From NCBI GenBank assembly GCA_002633005.1, contig NMRA01000001.1:3145695-3209694 (forward strand): a stretch of 64,000 nucleotides of DNA, given 5' to 3'. Source of the DNA: Phoronis australis. Lineage: Eukaryota; Animalia; Phoronida. How positions within the stretch are numbered: the stretch's first letter is position 1; each line of letters begins with the position of its first letter. A program made the position numbers and the translations under genes. This document shows, in pieces, positions 50,257 through 61,300 of the stretch. The notes under the pieces are model-generated. The model saw nothing but the letters and a program-made list of their open reading frames with translations, did not search any database and had not been told where the DNA came from.

Positions 50257-51357
50257 TTAAGCAAATCTTTTTATCGAGAGCAGAAACAAAGACGTTCCCA
50301 AATGCAGGTTACGAGAGACATGTGAAGCACCAATGGAATTATTGCTTTCGTTCGAGTCACACATCCGAAGTCGCGAAGGTTGTAGTTTAGTTCGTCTTTT
50401 ATAATTTTCATCCATAAATTCGTGAATCGCCTTCGCTAACGCTTTTCCGTAAGGAACGCCCTTCTTTTCATTCATCAGAATCATCGGGGATTCTATCTGT
50501 ATCCCGTCTATATCACCGACCATTTGCGATCCGTAGACATACGTGTTGTAACCTCCTCTGTAGTAACCCCCGGGATTTGGCAGAGGGTAACTTGGGGACG
50601 GTGTACTTTTGTAGCCTTTGTTTTCGAGAAAATACCCAAGGCTCAAGTTTCCGCTCAAAAATTCATCAAAGTCTTTGTCGAGATTTCTCTCGGCCAGGTA
50701 TCTGATAGACGAGTCTTTGTAGGTATAGTTGCCACTAATAAGATCGCCAGTTTGTATCCTGTAGCCTAGTTCGACCCAGTTCTCCCGATGTCTCTGCCGG
50801 TGAATGTCGAAAAAAATTGACCGAGCCTTTACACGTTGCTTAGCTTGGAGAATGAACATGGAAAATTCGTGCCACGCAATTGAAGCTTCGTAATTATAAA
50901 AAGATGCCTGGTCCAGTGGGCGATTGGCGTCCAACTTCGAGCGATGCAAATTGTTTAAGACCACGTGCGGGCGCTGTCCCCTCAGAACCCTCAGTTCGTT
51001 AGCTACAATCAACGTCAAGTTCCTCGTAAATTCGTCTTGCCTTGTTACGATAAGTTTACACGTTGCATTAGAATTAGATTCGCACGGTTGATGAGAGTAT
51101 TCACACTCTTGAGTTTTCTCGTTGAAGCAACCTGTAGGTCCGCGATCAGGAATGGTACTTGGCTTCATAAAACCCCCGTGTGGGGATGCGAGTATTATGT
51201 TTGATTCTTCATCACCTTCTTGGTACTCAATATAACGATTCTTGCCATAGATAACGGAATAACAATCGTCATTGTCATCGGCAAATATAACTTGATTACT
51301 CCCACTATATGTTAGAAGGAATACGATCATCTTCACAAACATGTGACCAGACGCCAT
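50257..51357 (-). CDS. Intronless N-formylglutamate amidohydrolase-like Zn hydrolase, predicted secreted and possibly GPI-anchored (~366 aa from the first ATG)
   Basis: Single uninterrupted ORF; ATG at 51357 (the track start at 51369 is TTG). Motifs IILASPHGG, QDEFT, PHVVLNNLHRSKLDANR, FFDIH, ELGY, YYRGGYNT and DGIQIE are typical of the FGase/HutG-like family. Hydrophobic N-terminus (MFVKMIVFLLTY) and moderately hydrophobic C-tail. Confidence 0.82.
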   Translation of the reverse strand: MASGHMFVKMIVFLLTYSGSNQVIFADDNDDCYSVIYGKNRYIEYQEGDEESNIILASPHGGFMKPSTIPDRGPTGCFNEKTQECEYSHQPCESNSNATCKLIVTRQDEFTRNLTLIVANELRVLRGQRPHVVLNNLHRSKLDANRPLDQASFYNYEASIAWHEFSMFILQAKQRVKARSIFFDIHRQRHRENWVELGYRIQTGDLISGNYTYKDSSIRYLAERNLDKDFDEFLSGNLSLGYFLENKGYKSTPSPSYPLPNPGGYYRGGYNTYVYGSQMVGDIDGIQIESPMILMNEKKGVPYGKALAKAIHEFMDENYKRRTKLQPSRLRMCDSNESNNSIGASHVSRNLHLGTSLFLLSIKRFA

Positions 51358-51397
51358 GGTACAATACAAAGTAGCGAGAGGGATTGAGGTTCTTATC

Positions 51398-51466
51398 TTA
51401 TTTAAACTCTAGTAAACTTTAATCTTTATTAATGTCGTCTCAACAGCAATTGCCCCGGTTATTGGC
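51398..51466 (-). promoter_or_regulatory. Candidate TATA-like (TTTAAATAA) and CCAAT boxes for the hydrolase gene
   Basis: On the minus strand, CCAAT at 51465-51461 and TTTAAATAA at 51406-51398, ~40 nt upstream of the ATG. Motif evidence only. Confidence 0.35.
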
Positions 51467-51587
51467 TGGGTCGGTCAACTATAATTAGCATTTTTATCGG
51501 AGCAAAAACAAGATGACCTCACAATTTCTTTGTCGCCAAAGTTTGTTTGTGAGGCCGCAGTACGAGACGGATGTGGAATGCTGTTAA

Positions 51588-52075
51588 AGGCGAAGGCAAC
51601 CTTTTTCCATGTCATTTTGAGCTAAAATAAGGTTGGTTGGTTATCCTAGACATATTTTCCACTTAATTACAGCTTTTCGTAATTTTATTAATTACTCGTC
51701 CGCTACTGCGGAAGTGACGTTTTAGGAGGCAAGCGTTTCCCGCCACTTGGTTTTGCGTTGACTTTACCCTGCGAATCTGTTCTATTCTACTTTTGTTTTG
51801 TGCTGTTTTTCAACAATTGTCGCCACCACTTTCCATCGACGAGTATTCTGCGGCAAGATAGGTTAGTAGAGAACTCAACTACGTTGGACTTAGGGATTTT
51901 TTAGTGTATTGTAAGCTAAAAATGACTGGAGTGACAGTAGTGTGAGTGACGGAGACCTTGTTCACAGCAGTGGTGACGAGGAATTTTTTCACGGACATTC
52001 AGTGGGTGGGTACATGTTTGAGCCCGAGTGTAACGAGGCAGAGTACGCACAGGCATAGGCAGCTGTTGAGAAAAA
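51588..52075. mobile_element. TTAA-inserted element (Kolobok-like AGG terminus), truncated by assembly gap
   Basis: The flank 51478-51587 is repeated at 52077-52186. Copy 1 continues TTAA|AGGCGAAGG, while copy 2 continues TTAA|CCAGC (empty site). Confidence 0.6.
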
Positions 52076-52435
52076 NACTATAATTAGCATTTTTATTGGA
52101 GCAAAACAAGATGACCTCACAATTTCTTTGTCGCCAAAGTTTGTTTGTGAGGCCGCAGTACGAGACGGATGTGGAATGCTGTTAACCAGCACAGGCTGCA
52201 TGCAATAGTTGGCGGGAAATGTCACGGTTACTGAAGAATGGTTTTTACAAAAATACTTCATACTTAATAAATCTAAGGATTTGAACATTAAGAGAAAGCA
52301 CTTCGTTACGCATGAGTACAGTAAAACAAGACACGTATCTGAAATATTTTACAATTCCACGGAGCAACATCTGGTGTTCTCTTCCAAATAACGGGTGGGT
52401 AGTAGCCGCTATACTTTCAACACAATACATAAAAC

Positions 52436-52471
52436 CAGGAAGAGATAACCAGGACTGGTTATCTCTTCCTG
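52436..52471. repeat. Perfect 36-bp palindrome (17-bp arms) flanked by 7-bp direct repeats ATAAAAC
   Basis: ATAAAAC|CAGGAAGAGATAACCAG-GA-CTGGTTATCTCTTCCTG|ATAAAAC. Confidence 0.85.
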
Positions 52472-53107
52472 ATAAAACCAAGTAAGTCTAGACAATGCCA
52501 ACCAAGACAACACACCACCTGGCGAAAAATCGTAAAAACACCACCGGAATACAGCTGACCTGCCACTCGTGTCGGCCGCACGTCTCTGTTAACTTCAACG
52601 GGGTAAGAGTCTTCCCTATCGTCATGCTTGAGGCGATAAAGGACGGCAGTGACCCGACAGTCTGACTAATGAAAAAATGAGATGGCAATCGGTTTTCTAT
52701 CAGTTTGACGGGCAATATCAGTAGCAAAATGATTTCTTTTCTTGTATTAAAATATTCCCCACGGTCGGCAGTCTGTGTCATGCTCATGATAAAGAGCGTA
52801 CCTCGGGAAACATGGAGAATATTTTAATATATTTTAGTACCAATGTTCGTCCTTTTACTTTATACTATTTTACTCTCCTTCACCGTCGGTACTGCACGAC
52901 ATTCCAACACCTATTTTGTTTATTTCATTTGTTACACGGAAAGAACACAAACGGGGATTTTACGATGTCTGTCAAAATACGCCCTGGTATTTATACAATG
53001 AATGACGTTCGTTACGTCATAACCATGTATTTCGAGAAGAAAAACTGCAGCAAAATTTTTTGAACCGAAAAATCTCCGATGAAACGTTGAAATTTCAAGA
53101 GCTCTTC

Positions 53108-56100
53108 ATGACAACTCGCAAGAGAGCTCGAATGGGTTCCCATGAAGATTCCAGGCACAAGGTAAAGGATTGTGGATCATAGGGCAGGTGCATTTCGACC
53201 TGTTCAGTAACAGGCTTAAAAACAAAAGTAGAACTAGGTTTTACTCTCGTAAAATTGGCCTCACAATATTCCTTACCGTTACCAACATAAGTCACAGAAA
53301 ATGCGTATGCTATGATTTCGAATTCGCAATTTTAGAATCGACCAACTCCAATGGCAATGAAGTCTGGGGTGTTTTTTTTGAGTCATTGATGGTTTCGATG
53401 CACTTGTTGGTAACGGAAACAGAATCGTATCAGGGTCTAAGGAATATTGTGAGACCGATTTTATGAGAGCAAATGGTCTAATTAAATATCCGGTCAGTTT
53501 AACTAGATGAATGGAACAAATTGAGAATCACAATGATCATTTTTTGTCGGTTTAATCTGTTTTAATTACAGTTCCTTTGTATCAAAAATGTTGCGTTTTC
53601 ATATTTCTGTGTTTTAAGGGTTTAGTCCCATACAGATTCAGTTTTCGCAATTTAAAATTATAATCTCTTGCACAAAATAACGAAACAAATCATCAGAATC
53701 ACTTGACTGACTGATCACCGAAACTTTCGTAATAACTCTCACAGATTTTTAAAGCCGCAGGCAGCGCCACCTCTGAAAAAGCATTGTTTTGGTACATGTT
53801 TTGGGGTGCAATACGGCGAGTTATCGTGCCAAATTTAATTGCCCAGGACGAAATCATCGACCAATCATTAACAGTAGGATTCACTGCCGCTAACGTTAAG
53901 AGTTATTCCATCGGATGAATTAAGGGGCACAGAACAGTTCTCACTGGGGTTTGCCTATCAGAACACATGTCAATGGACTCGTCACCTTTATTCACTCTGT
54001 CAAAATGCAAAGAATGAAAAGTTTTGAGTCTTTTCACATCACAAGCCCTACAGATGAGCACAGAAACTTTATTCTCTCGTGTATTTTTTTTACCATTTCA
54101 CTCCTACTGAAAAGCAAGTTAGACTAAGAAAAAGGGGCAAGAAACACAAAATCGGCACTTTTCACCCCAAAAGTACCACTTCAATGCGAATGTTCGACGA
54201 AAGCCAATATTAGATTCTGAAAGAAAATTTCCCACCAATTCCAAAAATGGGGCCCAAAAATACTGTCAACACATTAGTTATTTTGCAAATCTGGCTTGCT
54301 TGAGGGGTACCTGAAATCGCAGCCAATTTCTCAGTTGCCATGCAACACGGGGAAGTGGCCGTCATCTTGAAGAAGAGTGCAGCTACTGTAGAGCAAAAGG
54401 TCTTTTTTCATTCTCAGCATCTTCACAAATACAAACAGCCTACATGCAATGTCTACCTAAAAATGCCACCAAGCCTGGCCTACCCATTGGTTTTAATATT
54501 TTGGGACTTCAAATTGGCGACGACCGCAGCCTATTTGTTCAGTGCCACCTTCGCGCTGCATGAAATTTTAAAACGGTCTATGCCAATTCATTCCCTGGCT
54601 GCTTTAAGTTTCCAAAATTCTTATTTGAAACTGAAAGATTCTGCCTATTGCAAAAGTCAACGGACGAACGATATCGTAACCGACAACGGAGACGGACCGT
54701 TTATTAACATTTTCTTTTTAACGGCAGATAGAACCTTCTATAACCGACCAACTTGCGAAATACTCACAGGAAGTGGAACCAGTGAACTGGAAACACAAGA
54801 ATGGCACGACATCTCTAATTGGCTATCGACCCACTTATAGAGCCATGCTTGCTCAAAGGGGTCTTTTAGTTAAGGATACCATCGGTTCCGGAAGTTATTC
54901 TAAAGTAAAGTCGGCCTTAAACGAACAAGGCGAGCGGTTAGCTGTGAAGATCATCGACAGAGCCAAAGCGCCGAAAGATTTTCAAGAGCGATTTCTTCCC
55001 CGCGAGTTGGAAGTGTGGCCAGTAGTAAAACATTGTAACATCATTCGAATGCACGACCATTTTCAGGATAGTCGGTAAGAGGAATTGCGTAGACAGGGTG
55101 GATGCAAAATAGTGAAGTGGTAATTAATAAATAAACATGTTTGACCAATAACACATGGCACATGTTAGTTTTGGATCACGTAGAATTGCAAACATTGCCA
55201 ATCCATTATAACTTTTCTCTGCCTATCTATCAAAGTAACGTATGCGCCTCGTCTTATTTTGCAATAGGCGTAACATGTTAGAGGGCAAGGGGACAAGCGA
55301 CCACTGACCCTGCCGAAATTACCAAAAATCTGTTTGGAGTCGCGGTTTTCATACTCATAATTTTTGGTTAATAAAAACGAACAAGAAGCAAACGATTTAT
55401 TTATTATATTGGAACCTCAAATATTAGTTTAAAACTAATGTTTAAATTCAAATTAAAAAAATAAACGCTCATTCTGGAAGAGTTGAGTGTTGTGAGAAAC
55501 GTTAGTGAAATTCTTTTGAGATAAAAAATCGGAATTATTCAATAAAAGTTACTCTGTGTCCTGCTCATTTAAGTAATTCAGGTCACTTGTGAATCATTAA
55601 AGAAGGGGCGGGGGGAGGATACAAAGGAGAGAACTAAATCGGTGACAGTTGTGACATGGCACCATTTTTCAGGGTTGCAAGAAACCCTGGATCAATCAAT
55701 TCCACAACTGTACCAGGAAGCAGGGGGGGACCTTTTTGACATGCTTTCAATACCGCGAGTTTGCGTTTCCATGCCAAGAATTGTGCGATGACACTTGACT
55801 TACCTCAAAATCCAGCTGCTGACTGGTGCTTTGGTAATTGGCCCAATTATATTGCACACTCAGTGGAATTAATGAGGAACATTAAACAAACGTTTTAGGT
55901 TCCAAAGTCACATTTCTTGTCCAATTTCAAAATTCAAAAACCTGATCACGTGTGCTTTTCACAAACTATTCAAATGTGCTATTTACAAACTTTAAAAACG
56001 AACTCTTAAAAATACTATTGTCGCCCCATTGTGTTTATGATGGATCTTATATTATCTAAAGAACGATGACATCAGCAGCCTAAGACGATGCTATTACTCA

Positions 56101-57822
56101 CAACAGCATGTTGTCTTTGATCTAAAGCGTTAGATTCTGTGGTGTGGTAACAGGTCGAGTTGCCCAATTTCGACAGGTTACGGTGTCAACATAGGGTTCT
56201 TTTCGTGTCATTTTACTCGATAAACACTTATGGATCAACTGGAGTTCAATGTTTTAACTGCTCGATTCGTCACTTCAAACTGGGCTGCGTTCCGTAAAAC
56301 CACGACACCAGCCTCGCACTTCCGGTGAGAAATCTTCGCTTATGAAACGGAACCAGCGAAATTATCCCCAAAAGTCAACATCCCAACATCACCGACCCGT
56401 CAATTCAGTGACTGCCATTTTGCTTATAGTTGTGATAGTAAGGTCTTGAGCATATTCGCCAAACACTCGCGTGATTTCGCGTGGTCTTGCGTGATCTTGC
56501 TTACCTCTCAACGGAACGCTCTCCAGATTTATAGAGTCGGTAGGATTGTGTTGACACGTGATGGAAAGGTGCTGATCATGTCTGATCTAGGACTTGAACT
56601 GGTCCTAGGTTTGATTTAATATCATGATCACTTACAATTCTTACTTTTGCAGGAGGGTATATATGATCATCGAGTATGCATCTGGTGGTGATGCCCTGCG
56701 CTATGTCCAAAAGACAGGCGCCCTAACGGAGCACATGGCGAGGTCGTGGGTCCATCAGGTTTGTGACGCAGTGCGCTACCTCCATGACATGAACATTACG
56801 CACAGGGATTTGAAATTGGAAAATTTGTTGCTGGATTCCAACAGAAATATCAAAATATGTGATTTTGGTTTCGTAAAGACAAAGTGCTCTATGGGAGAGT
56901 TGAGTAAGACGTTCTGCGGCTCCAAGTCCTACGCAGCGCCAGAGATATTGCAAGGCGAACCGTATGAACCAAAGAAAGCAGACATCTGGGCAATCGGGGT
57001 CATTCTGTTTATACTGGTCACAGGAAAAATGCCGTTCGACGAGAGCAAAGGAAACGCACATCTCCTCGAAGAGCATAAGAAATTACTTCTGTACTGGCCT
57101 CGGGTGAGCAGATGAATTTGACTTTCGACGAATGTTTACATTTTTGGCTTTTCTTACTCAAACAGCATTAGTAGCACAATAGCCATTATTTCGGTAGCTT
57201 GTGTGGCCAGAGATGTATCTTTGGTAGTTTGGGTATTTTGGCAATGAAGAACAGCAACTTTGAAAACATCCGAGAAGACGCATAAATGAGGAAATAATTG
57301 TTCACATGCGTTAGGCTACTCTACCTATAACAGTGTCAAGGATCACTGCCATCAAATGATTGGTCAGTGATCGAGTGTGGTTGTCACTAGGGATGTTATA
57401 ATAGTCGAAAAGACAATTTTAATGTTTTTTCAGTTTTCAGTCAAGCGCCGCAAATCACAACACTTTGTTACAGTGATACCGAAAGATTTTAAAGTATGTC
57501 TATGTGCATCAATGTTCATTTCGTGCTTTTTTCAATTTTAGATATTTTGTTATTGATTTCCTTTAAGAAGGGAAATTAAGTTCATAGTCTTCTTTCTTTT
57601 TAGGGTCCTCGGAAAGTGTCCTCCGAATGTAAATCGTTGATTCGTTATTGTTTTGCTTTTGATTGGCGAACTCGTCCAACCATCAGTGATGTTCTGGCGC
57701 ACAACTGGTTTCGTCTGCATATTCCCGCGCTTTCTTCCAAGATGCTGCGCAAGGAATGCTATGGTCGCGTGCATGGTTCCAAAGACGAAATGTCTGTCAA
57801 CGACCCAGGAACGGGGGTATGA
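53108..57822 (+). CDS. TSSK: Testis-specific serine/threonine kinase (TSSK family), ~356 aa
   Basis: Exons: 53108-53161 (tentative first coding exon, MTTRKRARMGSHEDSRHK), 54728-55074 (TIGSGSYSKVK, AVKIIDRAKAPKDFQERFLPREL), 56653-57103 (HRDLKLENLLL, ICDFGF, SKTFCGSKSYAAPEIL, DIWAIGVIL), 57604-57822 (SSECKSLI...RPTISDVLAHNW, stop). All catalytic motifs are intact, and GSYSKVK / FLPREL are TSSK hallmarks. An alternative start is the ATG at 54846. Paralog number not assignable. Confidence 0.92.
56280..56526. mobile_element. MITE-like element in TSSK intron (Harbinger-like termini)
   Basis: CTGGGCTGCGTTCCGT...ACGGAACGCTCTCCAG imperfect inverted termini. Confidence 0.5.
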
Positions 57823-58335
57823 GCTATTGAAAGAAAACCGAGAGCCTTGTAACTCAATAGGAAGGTACTTTATCAGTCACAGTTTGCAAGCAAGTTTCGG
57901 CGCCGATAAGTCCTGAACGTCGTTGTTAGACGAGGCGCCCAAATACTTTGGTCATTTTTCAGTATGTTTACACGGGGATATCGAAGTTGTTCTTTGTTTG
58001 GTGTATTATTAAAAAGAGGCATTTTCTTTGTTTTATTTCAAGTCGTTTAATCAATAAATATCAAAACTTTGTACAAAATAAATGTTTACAAACAACAATA
58101 TCAAACGAACGCTTGAGCAATAAAAACACAACAATACTAACAATTAAATTAACTTGTTGGTTTTTTAAACGTGCATAATAAATCACTTCTTTGCTGCGAG
58201 AAAGCTTAGACAGCGATAACCGCTGCTAAAGTGGATTCATGCGGATAGGCCTACGAAGTGCATCTCAGGTCCAACGTTTTGTCGTAATATGACTAGAATG
58301 CGACACTGTACGTTATGCATATAGTCGCTGCCACA

Positions 58336-61300
58336 TCACCGCCGTCTTGTGGGGGACTTGGAAGTCTTCTCCTACAAAAGATAAATCATCCTATCTCAGT
58401 ACCTGTTCAAACAGGAATTTTTAATCTATGTGTCTGATTAAGTTGGCACTGTGAGTGAACAGATAACTTGAACAGGCTACTCTTTAATAAGGTTTTCATG
58501 TTCATCAAAATTTTGATGGTTGAATGACGTCAGTATTACGAGTCATGCAATGCACCTAAAGATTCCACAGTGTTTTCTAGGGTAAAACTATTTATTTGAC
58601 ATCAGTTGATTTGGACCTGAGTTTTGATATTTTGAAATATTGTTTCAGACAATTTGTATTTAGGTGTGCCCTTTTACTGCACTGGAAAGTTTGCAAAACG
58701 CCACGAGCTGCACAAAATTTGAAAACTTGTCCAGCAATAAGTAGGAAATTATAGCAATGTGCTCACCCCGCCATCTTTCTTGTTGCTCTTCCCAGCCTAA
58801 GGAGGTAAAAACAGAGACTAGGTTATAACGTGCTCACATTTAGTTTAGAATTTTCAATCTAAACATTGTGTTGTTTTGTTCAACGAGTAATGGCAAAAGA
58901 CGTAACTTGATATAACCGACTGCATTCTCCAATCACCACGTATTTCATTCGTTCGTAATCGTGACTGGAGAGTTATAATACTTAGAAAGAAGTCATTGAC
59001 AACCTTACCTTGCTGGGTTTACTTTCCGTTTTGGCAGGCTGTCCACCCGTGTACAAATACGAAGAATCATCGTCTATTGTCGGGTAGCTGACTTCGGGCG
59101 CCTTTGGTTCTTCCGGTGTGTGAACCTATGATATATCGATACAGTTGTATTTTTGGCGGAATGTTGTGAGAACAAGGGATTATCAGTCATTTTGTAATGA
59201 AGGTCAAGTCAGAGGCGGATTATTTTGTCAACAGGTGTCATTACTTATGCTGGCGGCGCCGTTTTGGTTTGCTGGAGAGGGCTTTTTTGTCGTTTGATCG
59301 TGTTCCCTGGAAGTGGTTCAACGCCATGAGCCCCCGTAAATCCGGCTGTGTAGCTTTACACATAAATTATCCATAATTTCGTCAATTAGAGTGGAACTTT
59401 CACGAAGATCAGCAAACAGTCAAGTGGAATTTGTGGCATGTTGGATAAGTTCCTTAGAGGCAAGAAGTCTTGCGTGATCTTACATCTTCGCAAGATTCTC
59501 GCGTCTACGGAACGCACACCTGTTGCCACAGACCCTTTCCGGTGGGTTACCGAAGTCAAGTGGCATTGAATGCTAGAGTAACCGGGGAAAGTTCCGTTGA
59601 GACAATGCAAGACAAACCGCGTAAAAAGGGCGAGCGTTTCGTGAGTAAAAGACGATCGTTTCGGGATTCAATCCAATGTGAACAAAAATACGACTGAAAA
59701 AATGTTGAATTCGAAGAAATAAAAACTGTTTCGACTACACAATCATCACATGAAAACTGCAAACGTGTTTTCAATACATACTGTATAAACAGGGAGAGAA
59801 CGGTACACGGTGAAAACCTGAGCTGGCGTAGCAGGAGTTTCAATCACTTCATGAACAGAGGACGTTTTTGGCTTCACCAGAGCTTCAAAAAACTTCTTGT
59901 CAGTTGGCTCTTGTCGTTCTTGACGTTTAGTATTATAGGCCGAACGACGGAAGGGCTTCCACCTGCAACAAAGCATGCATGTACTTTGAAAAATGTTATG
60001 GCAAATATAAAAATGTACTTATTGAAAATAGCACTACTATTGGTCTTATACCGAGCTGATTAAATACCAAGTCAATTCAACACATGTTTTTAGTAATGCA
60101 GTTGTAAACGAAAAGAATAAAGCTGCTAATAACAACTTACCTCTCGTTATCAAATATTAACGGGTACTCAAACTTTTGGTTGGAGCCTGGCTTGTCTTTA
60201 TCACCCTTGGCCTTGGTAATGTGAGCTAACGGATTCTGAAACGGCGATGTAAAGAGCGTATAGATACAACGTATGGCCCATCTGTTATCTCCTTCTGATG
60301 AAAATTTAACTATGGAACTGAATTCATATTGTTAAATTTTTATGACAGTGTAAGTATTTATATGACCAGCAATCATCAGTGCTTCAAAGCACAGATTGTG
60401 CTACCGAAATTTGCATAGACTAAATTGTAAAATCTTCGCAAAAATTGCCAATAAAACATCGATTTAAGGTCTGAGTCAACTCATTCTAGAGCATTTGGCT
60501 GTACCTCAGTAATATCATACGGCAGTGTCGGCGTGCTGGACGTCTCCTCAGACTGGGGAAAGTTGAAAGGCCTCGGCTGACCATAAAATCCCACGAATCG
60601 GCCACCTCGGCCCCACCAAACTCTGTATAACAATTATTGCAAGATGAAATTTCGTATCTGCATTATTAGTAAATCATAGCGGTACAGGAAAATAATATAT
60701 TTGCCTTTCCCGCCTGGTCGTTAAAGTACATGGACATTATGCAGTATGAAATCTAGAAAAACCGTCAACACGTTAACAACCATTGCATTTATTGGTGCCG
60801 AACAGGCAAGAATTTAACAAATAAGCCCAATTCCAAGCTGTAAAAGTCTTGGAAGGTGTGAGTGTAGGCTTTACCTTACTGAGCCATCTGTTGAGCCAGA
60901 GATGATGGCTTTAAGGGACTCAATATACTGCAGGCTAACCACTTTCGTCAGGTGCGCGCGCCAAGAGACCACTTGTTGCAGGGAGTCTTCCCCATCGCTG
61001 TTGTCCTCCTCACCAGATGGCGCAGGATTCTCGAGAAATTTGCCGATGTCCCATAAAATGATATAACCCTCTGAAGGAGTAAACAATCAATTTCATATTT
61101 TAGAACAAGGATTGCTTGGGTATTGGTCAAGATGAAGCCACACAATTTCGTCCTTTTGATCTTTCAATTTCAATGTCTTTCATTATGAGGCTAAAATGCC
61201 ACTCACGAATTAATACGGAAAAATAGTCATTAATTAACATTTTCAAGAAAATACCTAAAAAAGGTCGAAGGTGGTCGTCTTTTGCGATACGAAACACCTC

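Noticed and set aside
54340-54840. 166-aa plus-strand ORF overlapping the TSSK 5' region
   Set aside because: Different frame from the kinase, mostly intronic, and no recognisable domain.
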